A stretch of DNA of 64,000 nucleotides. It comes from Octopus bimaculoides (Eukaryota). Under the pieces are notes generated by a model, which had not been told where the DNA came from, did no database searches, and was given only the letters and a program-made list of their open reading frames with translations. Below are positions 1 through 12,832 of this stretch, piece after piece. The stretch covers positions 3,794,894 through 3,858,893 of the forward strand of contig NC_068993.1 of the NCBI RefSeq assembly GCF_001194135.2, written 5' to 3'. The translations under genes and the position numbers were made by a program. Within the stretch, counting starts at the first letter, position 1. Every line of letters begins with the position of its first letter.

Positions 1-22
1 ACACACACACACACACACACAC
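1..22. repeat. (AC)n microsatellite
   Basis: Pure AC dinucleotide run at the window start. Confidence 0.95.
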
Positions 23-715
23 AGAGGCATATATGCATATGAACAAATAGTTTAACACGTGATATTCGAAAAAAATAAATATGTGACCACTTTCTCTGGA
101 GTCTATATATTTCTCGTGAAATACACAATCACACAAACTCATAGAATCACAAGGAAACAGACATATGCAAAGAATTATGGGGCGTGAACGATGGACACGT
201 ACTTTGGTAGTTGTCCTGCTATTTCCGTTATAGAAGAGCGCATCTACTATTGCCTTCCTTCCAGCACCAGCCTATAGTTATATCTACATACATAAATGCA
301 TACATCCAAGCATTAACATGCGCATAAATATAGAATATATGCATACGGTTAATGTGTGCTTACATACTGTAACATGGATTTCATGATATTCTAAAAAATA
401 TATTACTGGCAAGTAGTAGAATATACGTCCATGTGCGTAATATCAATGAGTATATGACTCTTAGTGTGTGTTTGTGTGTGTGTATGAGTAAATATGTCAG
501 TATTTATTTGCTATGTAGCTGCGTTTATCTTTGTCAGGCAAATGTCATATTCTATATATCCAAAGATAGAGAACTGTCACAATCATTAGTTTGACATAGA
601 GAATTTCAATTCCAATTTCGTCAGGCTTATGTGCAAGTTGAAAGTCGGCAGAAGCCAGCTTTGCCCGTCACTCTTTCGGAATGATAAAATGTGCCACCCA
701 TATAACGCGGTCTTC

Positions 716-718
<3 letters not shown>

Positions 719-775
<57 letters not shown>

Positions 776-780
776 TCTCT
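719..780. repeat. (CT)n microsatellite
   Basis: Near-pure CT run; source of the RERERE/SLSLSL ORFs in the track. Confidence 0.95.
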
Positions 781-789
781 GACACAACC

Positions 790-898
790 GCGGCGAACTG
801 GCAGAAACGTTAACACGTCGGGCGAAATCCTTAGCGGTATTTCGTCTGCCGCTACGTTCTGAGTTCAAATTCCGCCAAGGTCGACTTTGCTTTCATCC
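790..898 (+). mobile_element. tRNA-related SINE family A, 3'-truncated copy
   Basis: cggcgaactggcagaaacgttaacacgtcgggcgaaat...gttctgagttcaaattccgccaaggtcgactttgctttcatcc aligns by eye with copies at 19740, 21854, 35345, 35570 and 62084. It has a B-box-like GAGTTCAAATTCC. Confidence 0.85.
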
Positions 899-3800
899 AT
901 GCCACTAAGTAATGTATGGGAATCACATGATGTTATTTCGTTACCTTCTGTATATTATTATTTTTGTGTGCACTAGAGTCTTACCCGTTGTCCAACGTGT
1001 TCGCTGTGAAGTGTAGTGCATACTTCTGGTAAATATCTGTAGCTTGCAGCTATTTTTCTTCCGTTTTCGCGCTACAGCCTTTCCGAAGTACGTGACCATC
1101 GATAATATAATGTACGACAATACTTAGATAATGCACGGATATTTTGGAAGCTCATTGAAGCCGCTATCATTAATGTGTAATTAATTATCCTTCACGGCAT
1201 GTAATATGGAAGAATTTTTCTTTTCATTCATTGGTGTTAGCTTCTTATATTCACTCTAAGACTCAAATCCGCAACAGCGAAGAAGAAATATTTGAATGTC
1301 AGAAATGTTGTAAGAAAATGCAAGCGTGGGGGAAATCAAACAAGAAGCTTAACAGTCGTGTAAAAGAGATGTCTGAGTTCATATCAACTGTCTCATATGC
1401 ATATCTTCAAAAGGAAGTGTAGCGCAATTGGAATAGTGTTACAAGTGAACGACTATACAATGCAGAATGGTAATTAGGTAGAAATTGTCATGATAGTATA
1501 GCCTAACCTTCTCTTTAGAGAAATGTCTATAAACGAAGGAAGCAAGCTGTGAGATAGATATTCCCAAACACCTTGTTCTGGTGTGAGACACCATGGGACC
1601 AAAATGTTCATTCTTCGTAAAGTCAGACCGTTTATAGCTTTCTCACTGCTCTGTATATTTCTCTCAAGAGAGACATAATATTGCGACTTTGAAAACATTA
1701 TTGGAATTACCATGTTATATTTTAGCATTCTTGAAATTTAGAAATAGTTCAATCAAATACTATAAAACTGGTCATGCATATGTGCTTCTGTGTGCGTGAC
1801 AAGCAGACATCAGAATGTGGCAGCTTACAAAAGAGAAGGATTCAGAGAAGTACATGGCGTGTCAGAAAATGCAGAAGCTAGTTTCTAAAAGAAAGAAAGA
1901 GACTAAGGCTTCGAGCGAGAAACAAATAAAAACAAAACAAAAAATATCGATAGAAAGCAGCACGGAAAAAACAAAACAAAAACTAACCGAAATAGCAGTA
2001 GCTTAAATAGAGTTAAATATGGTGCAGTTTTCTTTGGAATAAATAGAACAAAAATTATGTAAGAGAATGAAGGCAGTACGATAATTCTCTATATTTTGAA
2101 GAACCTCGACAAGATTCATCTAACTTTGGAATATTCTTAAAGTTATCCAAATATTTTTTGTGATTTATGCCCACAAGCTTGGCTTGCCTTAAACGAAAGG
2201 TATTCTATTCGGGGTAATATCGTTTTTAATCATTTCCAAGCAGTAACATACAGTTTACAGTACGTAAATCGCTGTTTCATATTTCAAACTGTAACATGAC
2301 ACAGAGGCAGTGTTTCTATGAAGTATGGCGGTCAGTTACTGTCGTGTTACTAATCTTGAGTTTCTATTCGGTACCGTGAATATTATGTTAACCTGGTTTC
2401 TACAATTTTATAATTGAAAAGAGTTCAGTATTTTCTATTTAATATTGCATATCTTGATGCGGTTCTTTCAAATAAATACCAGCTATGTACTAGGGCCATG
2501 CATTTTTAAACAACTAATTCAAGACTTACAGTTAACGCGCATTCATAGCTTGATAGTAACAATCATGTGAGGACGGGAATAACGAAGAAAGTGATGTTTC
2601 TGATGAAGATAATGATGATGAAGTTGGTGGTGGTAGTGGTGTTAATTCTGGGATGACCGTTGATGTCAATGACGACGATGATTATGGCTGTGAATAATGT
2701 TAGAGTCGGATTTAGAACAATTTGTGTTACTGATTCGCGTTCTTTTTGTGTGCCTCGTCGTTTCTCTTTTTCTATATTCCGCGCCTTCTCTTTCACTCTT
2801 TCCTCATGCATATATACATATATATGTGTGCATGTGTGTATCTGAATGTCTTACAGTGTGTGTGTGTGTATGTGCCTGTGTGTGTAAATATTCATGTACG
2901 CGTACACTTATACATATATTTTGATATGGCCATAGATATATACATGTCTATACGCACACACACGGCCACATACACACATACACGCGCGCACACACACATG
3001 CACACGCACACAGGCACGCGAACAGACACATATAGATATAGATATACCTTCCTCCAGTTGTACGCCATAATCAACACCGATACGAGTCCTATCATACCAC
3101 ATGTCAAACTTCAACCATATCGATGCACGTATGTCTATGATATACAACACAGCAATATTCTATATAATTATTTAATGATTCTTCTGACATATTTGCGGCA
3201 GAGGCGTCTTGCAGTTGTCTTAAAACATCACCGTACAACGAAGGTTGGCTCTCGCTTTTTATAATCTCAAACTCTCTCTTTAAGGCACATCACCTGCCAA
3301 CAGTTTCTCATACATGGACCGAGAATCTAGGCAGCTGTCATAAAGTCTTCACGCACCTATCTCTTCCCCCCCTCTCTCTCTCTTTCTCCCGTCCTTTCTC
3401 TCTTTTTTCCACTCCCTCTATCATTCTGTCATTCTCTTTCTTTTCCTCTGACTTTCTTCCATTCTCTTTTTCTCTCTGTCTTGCTCTTTAATAGATTGAA
3501 ACCTATTTTCACTGATGCACACACTTATGCAAACACGCACACATGCACACACGTGCACACACACGCACACACATCGACGAGAATATACATATACAATACG
3601 TCCCTTCCTCCTTCGCACATGGACACATGTAAATGCGTCCACCATAAATATATATATATATATATATANNNNNNNNNNNNNNNNNNNNNNNNNNNNNNNN
3701 NNNNNNNNNNNNNNNNNNNNNNNNNNNNNNNNNNNNNNNNNNNNNNNNNNNNNNNNNNNNNNNNNNNNNNNNNNNNNNNNNNNNNNNNNNNNNNNNNNNN

Positions 3801-4496
3801 NNNNNNNNNNNNNNNNNNNNNNNNNNNNNNNNNNNNNNNNNNNNNNNNNNNNNNNNNNNNNNNNNNNNNNNATACATATTTATATATATAGAGAGAGAGA
3901 AATGACTAAATACATATATATACATATCTATATTTATCTATATATGTGTGTATGTGTATGTTTATGTACATGCACAAATATATATGTACTTGTATGTATA
4001 CCTATAAATGCATACGTGTGTGTGTACGTACGTGAATTGTTGTGTGTGTGAGTGTTTGTGTGTGTGTGTGTGTGTCTGTGCGCGCGTGTGCGTGTGCGTG
4101 TGCGTGTATGTGTGTTTGTGTGTGTGACGGTATGTGTTTGTCTATAACATTGATTGTATGTATATTGAAGAATTCTAGTTGCACACTAAGTATGCGACAA
4201 GTCCTCTTTTCCAGACTGAAGACGTCTCCGTGTATTAGGCTATATTTGACAGTGTTGACGTATCGAAACTGCATACGTTGCTGGCTGTATCGATGTAATT
4301 GCATTCATATGATATACGTTCATGCTCACTTGCTCATGCGTGCGCGTAGTACGGGTGTGCGTGTGTATGATAGGAGCACATGGGTGATTCTCCGCTTGGA
4401 TTTCTTCCCAAAACTATATTAGAGACGACGTGGAAAACATTTTTAGAACTTTACTGCGTGTGTATCCGTATTTATGCATTCATGCTGTATGTATAT

Positions 4497-4560
4497 ACGT
4501 ATGTATGTATGTATGTTTGTATGTATGTATGTATGTATGTATGTATGTATGTACGTGTAT
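4497..4560. repeat. (TATG)n microsatellite
   Basis: Tandem TATG units with few interruptions. Confidence 0.9.
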
Positions 4561-4682
4561 GTATGCATGTATGTACGTGTATGTATGCATGTACGTATAG
4601 ATGTGTATGTATGTAGGTACGTAGTTTGGTAAGTAGGTATCTGCCTATTTTTCTGTCTGTCTATTTCTCTCTCTCTCTCTCA

Positions 4683-4713
<31 letters not shown>

Positions 4714-6987
4714 TCTCTCTCTCTCTGAGATATGTATATTTGTCGGTATACATATCTGTCTACCTATCTATCGATCCATCTATCTATTATGCCATCCACC
4801 TCTCTCTCCCTCTATCTATATGCCGCTCTGCATTTTTGTCGGTGCAACTCTTTGTTTTTCTTTCTATTCTTCTTTCCGCTAATTCCCTTTTTCCTCTTTT
4901 CCTCTTACAAGACACTGGTTAACCAGCGAGGACATATGTTCGTGATCGACTGATCTGTTAGTAACAACAACCGAATCTTCCACAAACTACACCCTCGTGT
5001 ATGACAAAGAAAAAAAAATGGAGGTTTAAATATAATTATATGAACTTAGAATACGTTAAGCTTGAAAAAGAGAGGAAGACAGAGTGCTCGTCTAGAGTGT
5101 TAAACGACAAAGGAATAAAATAAATGGCGAATGTTTGAATGAATAGGAATTTGTTCACAATGTGCTATAGAATTCAATTTTCTGCATGTTTATATATTGT
5201 ACTTCCAATACACACAACTGTAACACAAACTCTCCTTCTGTCTCTCTTTCTGTGTGTGGGCGTGTGTCTCTCTCTCTCTTTCTCTCTCTTCTCTCTCTCA
5301 CACACTCAGATACACACACGGGCCTTCAAATATGCTCATGTACACATATTTATACAACCATTCGAACATGGACACTTACACGTATCCATTTAATCACACA
5401 CACTCATGCATGGAAAATAATAACGCAGAGAATAACTAAACTATTAGCCTGTACTGATGTTATACATGCGTTCGTTGCTAGTTCATTAAATACCAAAGCT
5501 GGCATGAAGACACGAAGACAATGGAAGTTTTCCATAAAGAGGGATGTAGTTGATACACTGATGAGAGCACCATGATGCAATAAAACTTGCTCTTATAATT
5601 GATTGTGCGCTTCTGGTCTTCGCAATGGAACAATCAATATTAGCTTATATTTTCTCAAAGACATTTTAGGAATGCTGCCTGGCACTTTTCCCAAAGAACT
5701 GAAATATTATAATATAATAATGGGGTTGACCTCGAAACCTCTAATTGTGTTCTTCGTAGCTGATGAGTTGATTAAAGCGAAACATTCTGCGTATTGCTAG
5801 AATACAAAAGCTATTTCTCGTCCGCGCCCACATGCACACACACGAATGCACACGAACACATACACACAAAGCAACATGTACGCCTTTCACTCAACTATTT
5901 CATTACACAATATATTTCTTTCTTTTTCGAGTAACACTCCCCTCTCATCATACTGAATATTCTTAAAACGATTACTCACTAATCATTCTATACTAATCTG
6001 CCAAACAGTATGAAAATGTCCCTGGAGACAACACACAGCTATTTCAATGGCAGATTGGTGAAAACAACGTGTTCCGTTTTTTATAACCGGTGTTGTTGTT
6101 ATATAGTTTTAGTTGCTTTTAGTTGCTTTCATTGTTGTTGCCGTTGACTATCTTAGTATTGTTATTCTTATTTTTATTGCATTATCACCACTATGGTGAC
6201 GGCTTTAAATTGATGGAATCGTAATAGCGTTTTGCGGTTTTTGTTCCAGCCTTTTCTAATGTAGTTTCAAATTCCGTCGAGGCCATCTTTACGTTTCAGT
6301 GTTCATACAATAAAGTAGTAGTCAATACAGGGTTCGATTTAATCCCATAAACATTCCATACAAATTTCTGGCCGTATGCTTTTGTCGCAGCCGTCATTTT
6401 GTTGTTTCCTCTTTTAGTTATATTTCCGTTTAACGTCTGAAGACATTCAAATGAAAAGATATCCTTATTACTCATGCTGTTAATATTACTGCCTACTTTT
6501 GTAATTTGATAGGTCATTTCTATTTAACTGAAAGAAATTCCAGGCTTGATCATCCTGATTTTACCCTGGAAATTTAAACTACATTTTCATGACCAAAAGT
6601 CTTTCTTTTTCAGTCTTTTAAGAGAATAATGTAGGATATGAGGAAAATTTTGTTACAATTTGTTAGGACCGCGCTGATGGGTGTGATATTAGTTTTGTTT
6701 AACTCTAGAAAGCCACGAGCCAGATGGAATATAATGGAAGCGTTCTATGCATGGCCATTCTGTTGATATATGTTCTAAAGACTTGACTCACCAATGGGCT
6801 ATTCCCTATTTAAAAGACCATAGGGGTAATTTCCAAGATTTGAAACTTCTTGTAGGTCATGTGAAATCGAGCTTTAATAAGACATTTCCGTTAGTATTTC
6901 ATTGAAGGCTTAGCTTGCTTGAGCAGACCTATTAACAATAGCATTCCATGTGTGACTATTCCATCTGCAAGATGTGATTCGTGAAGT

Positions 6988-7140
6988 TGCCTGGTCAAGT
7001 GGGTAGGATGTTCAGCTCGTGTTTAGAAATCAGTTGTTTCGACCCTGCACTGGCTTGCCGGACATTTTGTCCTTGAGTAATAAATACACTTCAATTTTGA
7101 TGTACTCACTCTCCCCAGACGTAAATGAACATTGTCTGAC
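6988..7140 (+). mobile_element. Old tRNA-related SINE family C (CORE/Meta-like central block)
   Basis: A-box-like TGGTCAAGTGG and B-box-like GTTTCGACCC, then ttgtccttgagtaa..acacttcaa..cagacgtaaatg, resembling the central block of the copies at 39177, 45938 and 52840. Confidence 0.55.
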
Positions 7141-8644
7141 TGCTGCTGTGACCTTCATCCTTTCCACCTGTCACATCATAGATATTCCACATGATCAGTC
7201 AAAAGTAAAGGGATCGACAGGGCTTCTTAATCTGTTCGTGGCTTCATAGGACCCTGAAGCATCATTCAGGAAAGCACGTAGCATGCTAACAAACCATACG
7301 TGTTCATGACATACTATTGTGTGTGTGTGTTTCCAGTGAACGGAATCTGCTGTTATTTCTAGCATTTCGCACTACTGCATAGAGACTTCTTCATTTGGCC
7401 CGTTGATGAGACGTAGTCGCTAATGGTGCCAGATCTTGATTGATATATTGTTTAGAGGTTAGTGGGGGAGGTGATCAATTAGAAAGGAATGTTAGCAGCG
7501 AAATAATCAATTTCGTTATAATTACAACCAAACACCAGATTGCGTTATCGCTGCAATTTAATGTTTGGCTATTGTTATTGTTGTTGTTGTTGTTATTGTT
7601 GTCATAGTTTTTATATTTGCTCTTATCTTTTCTTTGTTGTTTTTGCTGATGTCTAGTAAAACTGCTAAGAGCCTAACGACGCATACAGCTTTGTTTTTGT
7701 TTTTTAAATTCTTATTCTTTATATTATCATGCATTTATGAACAATAGCGTCGTTGATTGAAGCGTTCCAACAGAGCAATCACTGGTTCACTGAACATTTG
7801 ATGGCGAAACTGAAAAGGGAGTGACTGTTTGCAATTCGGGTGTAGTGAAAACCACCAGGTATTTTTCTTTGCATTGATTTATCGACAATTTCGTGGCAAT
7901 TTGTACGTTTTCGGCGATATCTTTATACGCAAACACACAACTCACAAGTACACACACACACACACGCATACATATAAACACAAACAAACAAACAAACGAA
8001 TACGCACGCGCGCACACGAACGGATACAGGGTTACACAAGCACGTATGTATATTTATCCATCTATTTATGTATCAGTTTATGCCCACGTGTATATGTTTA
8101 CATATACATGTGTGCATGTTTGCGCGCGCGTGTGTGTATGTGTATGTATGTGTATGTGTGTGTATGTGTATGTATTGAGTGTTTGAAGTGATGTAGAGAC
8201 TTTGTATATTAAGAAAAAGATGGCAGTCAGAATTCCGGATAATTCTTTTTTAGCGCTTTCATCCACTCAAGAGGATTTCTTAGAATCTGAAAAATCCTCA
8301 AGAATGTATGAAATCATTCATAGAGAATTATCAGAAATTCTCTCTCCCTCCTTTGTCCCAAACCTGAAATGCCACGTTATGTTGGCAAATAATCTTTACT
8401 CCAGTGTACTGTTACTGAATGATTCCCGTTGATAGATTTACAAATATAAATTTTCTATTTTATATATATATATATATNNNNNNNNNNNNNNNNNNNNNNN
8501 NNNNNNNNNNNNNNNNNNNNNNNNNNNNNNNNNNNNNNNNNNNNNNNNNNNNNNNNNNNNNNNNNNNNNNNNNNNNNNNNNNNNNNNNNNNNNNNNNNNN
8601 NNNNNNNNNNNNNNNNNNNNNNNNNNNNNTTTCTAAGTTTCTCT

Positions 8645-8940
8645 AAAGGAGACTACGGCAGCGGTACTGGATATTAATAGTTATCGCCAAGCCAACATGG
8701 CAGTTCAAAAAATAGGACGAATGCTGCCGTTGATTAGCTCCAAGAGGCCATCGCCTCTAGCTAGCTATGTGATACACGAACCTGTGTCCATTATAACCTT
8801 CGAACAGGGGAGGTCAGCCGCTTCCCCTTGCTGGTCTGACATCTACTGACTAGTTTCGGGGTATTACCCCTTATCAATGTAGAGCAGCCGAACCCAGCAG
8901 GCGTCGCTACTGACCGACTGTACGAAGGATTATTTACCTA
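8645..8940 (-). mobile_element. GC-rich repeat module carrying a hammerhead motif; probable Penelope-like pseudo-LTR or non-autonomous derivative
   Basis: Locally GC-rich block against an AT-rich background, containing a type I hammerhead fold. Minimal hammerheads in PLE terminal repeats are established; assignment of this block is inference. Confidence 0.5.
8841..8884 (-). ncRNA. Minimal type I hammerhead ribozyme motif, U3-A8 core variant
   Basis: Minus strand reads CTCTACA TTGATAA GGGG-TAATA-CCCC GAAAC TA GTC AGTAGAT. Helix II is 4 G-C pairs, GAAA is intact, the cleavage triplet is GUC, helix III is the palindrome ACTAGT, and helix I is TCTAC/GTAGA with an A-A mismatch next to the core. 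Confidence 0.7.
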
Positions 8941-8949
8941 AATTGAATG

Positions 8950-9130
8950 GTATACACAATGAATTTCATCCAAAGCTGAAATTCGTTTATCGAACCCCTC
9001 AAAGAGACCATTACTCTTGTCCGGTATTTTTTAACGACTCTGAGTGAATGAAAGACAATGATGACATTTGCGTGCTTTGAACTTAGAACGCATGGATTCG
9101 AAGCACATACTTCGAGGTATTTTATCTAAT
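8950..9130 (-). mobile_element. Highly degenerate SINE family A-like relic
   Basis: ccggtattttttaacgactctgagtgaatgaaagacaatgatgac...tttgaacttagaacg resembles the reverse complement of the family A body. Confidence 0.4.
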
Positions 9131-9844
9131 GTTGCATACATAATTTGCAGCCTATAATTTTACGCAATCTCTAGTTTCAATTATTTATATTTATAACCAA
9201 CATATATAAATAGTCTTTAAAGCATTTTTACCTCATGCACACAGTGCACTACTTTTTTTTTTAGTCTAAATTTCCTTGCAATTAAAAAAAAAAACATTAC
9301 TTAAAAGAGAACGACAAGGAACCAATGACATAGCGGTTCTTTGTCAGTAGTGCATATTTCCGGTTTATTACCGTTTGGTCAATCTGTCAATTGACTGAGG
9401 AGCATAAGACATGTTGCTTCAAAGCCGTGCTTAATATTTGACATTAATACCGATCGACAAACGTTAACATCAAACAAAGTTTGTGATAAGTGTCGGCACG
9501 TTTGCTATACAATTATGATTTCATTCTAGACAGAAACAAACCTTCCGCTCAAACGTATCTTTCCTATGATATTTAGAGAAATGTTATGATTTATAGTTGG
9601 TGTTAAATAATATCGCAGTGAGGCACTGAATAGAATAATATCAGGTATCTAGTGTACCATTATCGCCCAGGGATACATGATTGAGCAACATATAACACAT
9701 GTAAAGATAATTCTGAATGGAAACAATTGCTCACTGGAAGTAGTTAAAAGCATTAAATAATTTCATTAAGAGGAAATACGTTTTAAATAAAGTGGCCAGT
9801 CAACGATGTCTTATTTAATGTATGTTTAAATGACGATGGACAGA

Positions 9845-10000
9845 CAGAATCGTTAGAGCGCTGCAAAACAGTAATTTCAGTATCCGTTCCGGCTCTTTAT
9901 GGTCTGCGTTCAAATCTCGCCATCTTCAGCTTCACCTTTTAGCTCTTCAGTGTTTATAATCAAGACTGCTCATCAAGTACTGGAGAGATTGTACTGACTA
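9845..10000 (+). mobile_element. Degenerate SINE family A-like relic
   Basis: cagaatcgttagagcg...ggtctgcgttcaaatctcgcc...ttcacctttt matches the family A 5' and middle layout at low identity. Confidence 0.4.
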
Positions 10001-11187
10001 ATATTTCTCTTCGAAATTCTCGATTTTCAACTTAAATTAGAAGGTATTCATGTGAAATCGGCGCTATTGCCGCAAGGCACACTATTGTTTTCAGAATTCG
10101 ACGTACGGCTGCGATGTTTAGAAAGGAAAGAAGATCTCTGGATAGATCCATTCATATTATAGGGTCATACACCCTGACTAAATGAAGTCGATGGGTCGAA
10201 GTATCGTCAAACGGAGAGTTCGTTTTTCGAAGCAACTACTATTAGGTTGTTTCACATGAAATGTCGCAGTTATAATTACTTGTAATTATAAAATCTATAA
10301 ACAGAGAAATATCCATTAACTCAGATTGAAGGTGTTTTATGCAAGAAATACTGAACAACATTGATGCTTATCTGTTAGTGATACTTATGCTGGAGTAGTG
10401 GTTAGAAACGCACACCAAACGCGGTTAATATACGATTGCAATATTTTCATTCGTGAGACCGGCAAAAAGAAAATACAGTTTTATCAGCAAGATTTGAACA
10501 CTCTACCAAGAAGTTCGATATTAAGTACTGTCAACACTGAACTTACGACAGAGTTCTACAGTCTCAGGAATCTACTTATTTTTTCACCGAAATTATGCTG
10601 AAGCCAGAGATGATGTAATACGAACAATATGGCTGCTTAAATAAAATCAGGGGATTATTTGAAAATATTTGCTTTCACTACAGATGAATGACAAGACGCT
10701 TGGGGATAATTTCATTGTAGGAATACCTAGATAAGCATGTGCAAACAACGCCGACAAATTACCTACACGTATCTGTCTTCCTTTACTTTTGCCAACATGA
10801 AGAGGGTTTATATTCTGAAGTATTATTATGAACCTAGAAAGAGCTTTTGAAAACAAACTCAGTATTTAACATTCTGCATGTGCTATGCAGGATTAATTCA
10901 CATATTTATTTATCTATTTATTTATTTGTTTATTTATTTATTTATTTCTCTTTTTGCGTGTAACCATATCTTAAATCTTTAACTTCCATTGTCGGCACCA
11001 CAATAAGGAATTCGGTTAAAAGTTAATCTGGTTGCCAGAAATTTCAACCATTTCCTTCAACTGTTATCTTTTTTGATATTCATCCAATCAGAAACGCCCG
11101 TTATCCGCTTAAGGAGAAACTCTTTCATCCATTCTTTCTTCTTATATCCTCTCCCTATCTTACTATCTCCTCTTCATCTTTCCTTAC

Positions 11188-11227
<40 letters not shown>

Positions 11228-11809
11228 TGTCTCTCTCTCTCTCTGTTGTTCATTCGCTCTTTTCGAATCTCTATTTGTATCTTCAACTTTCTCATTCTCT
11301 CCTTCAATACTTTAACAAACCCTTTCCTAATGTTGATTCAGTGCCTTACAGGTATCAATACAGCGATGGTATTGAAATCTGGGATATCAGTGAGGTTAAT
11401 CTCACAACTAACTTCTTAATGCATGAAATATAATTATAAACGAAAGCGAGAACAGGAAAAAAGAGAAGAGAGAAGTATTAAGTCTATATGGAATCAAGCA
11501 ATAAGGGGAGACAACTTGGCTAACAGCCATCTTGCATCAATCGGCAACATTCTATAATTTCCTACAACAGACATATTATTTTCTTCACTGATATCCTCTT
11601 GTAAATATATGCTTCAGGAGAAATCAGTATTTGTAAGTCGCGAAGAAGATAAGTAAAACTAAATTTCGATTCAACATTTAACTTTAGTTAAGGCAATAGA
11701 TGTCTTTATGTTGCTCATAAATTTTGGTTAGCAACACTAGCTGAATTAGGCGTAATTTCAGGTATGTAGTACATACGCACATATACACACAGACACACAC
11801 TAACACAGA

Positions 11810-11811
<2 letters not shown>

Positions 11812-11874
<63 letters not shown>
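11812..11874. repeat. (CA)n microsatellite running into an assembly gap
   Basis: Pure CA run ending at the N-gap that starts at 11875. Confidence 0.95.
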
Positions 11875-12435
11875 NNNNNNNNNNNNNNNNNNNNNNNNNN
11901 NNNNNNNNNNNNNNNNNNNNNNNNNNNNNNNNNNNNNNNNNNNNNNNNNNNNNNNNNNNNNNNNNNNNNNNNNNNNNNNNNNNNNNNNNNNNNNNNNNNN
12001 NNNNNNNNNNNNNNNNNNNNNNNNNNNNNNNNNNNNNNNNNNNNNNNNNNNNNNNNNNNNNNNNNNNNNNNNNNNNNNNNNNNNNNNNNNNNNNNNNNNN
12101 NNNNNNNNNNNNNNNNNNNNNNNNNNNNNNNNNNNNNNNNNNNNNNNNNNNNNNNNNNNNNNNNNNNNNNNNNNNNNNNNNNNNNNNNNNNNNNNNNNNN
12201 NNNNNNNNNNNNNNNNNNNNNNNNNNNNNNNNNNNNNNNNNNNNNNNNNNNNNNNNNNNNNNNNNNNNNNNNNNNNNNNNNNNNNNNNNNNNNNNNNNNN
12301 NNNNNNNNNNNNNNNNNNNNNNNNNNNNNNNNNNNNNNNNNNNNNNNNNNNNNNNNNNNNNNNNNNNNNNNNNNNNNNNNNNNNNNNNNNNNNNNNNNNN
12401 NNNNNNNNNNNNNNNNNNNNNNNNNNNNNNNNNNN
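11875..12435. other. Assembly gap (largest of 12 N-runs)
   Basis: N-run. Other gaps: 3669-3871, 8478-8629, 13315-13694, 16124-16200, 33465-33474, 34866-34882, 41233-41242, 44088-44573, 51643-51682, 52071-52100, 56714-56723. Most abut simple repeats. Confidence 0.99.
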
Positions 12436-12670
12436 ATATCCTCTTGTAAATATATGCTTCAGGAGAAATCAGTATTTGTAAGTCGCGAAGAAGATAAGTA
12501 AAACTAAATTTCGATTCAACATTTAACTTTAGTTAAGGCAATAGATGTCTTTATGTTGCTCATAAATTTTGGTTAGCAACACTAGCTGAATTAGGCGTAA
12601 TTTCAGGTATGTAGTACATACGCACATATACACACAGACACACAAACACATACATATATATACATATATA

Positions 12671-12832
12671 CGACGGACTTCTTCCAGTTTCCGCCTACCA
12701 AATCCACTCACAAGACTTTGGTCGGCCCGAGGCTATAGTAGAAGACACTTGCCCAAGGTGCCACGCAGTGGGACTGAACCCGGAACCATGTGGTTGGTAA
12801 GCAAGCTACTTACCACACAGCCACTCCTATGC
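12671..12832 (-). mobile_element. tRNA-related SINE family B, 5' half, well-preserved copy
   Basis: Minus strand GCATAGGAGTGGCTGTGTGGTAAGTAGCTTGCT...GGTTCAGTCCCACTGCGTGGCACCTTGGGCAAGTG shows A-box- and B-box-like motifs. Homologous to 31833-32213 and 55035-55196. Confidence 0.9.
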
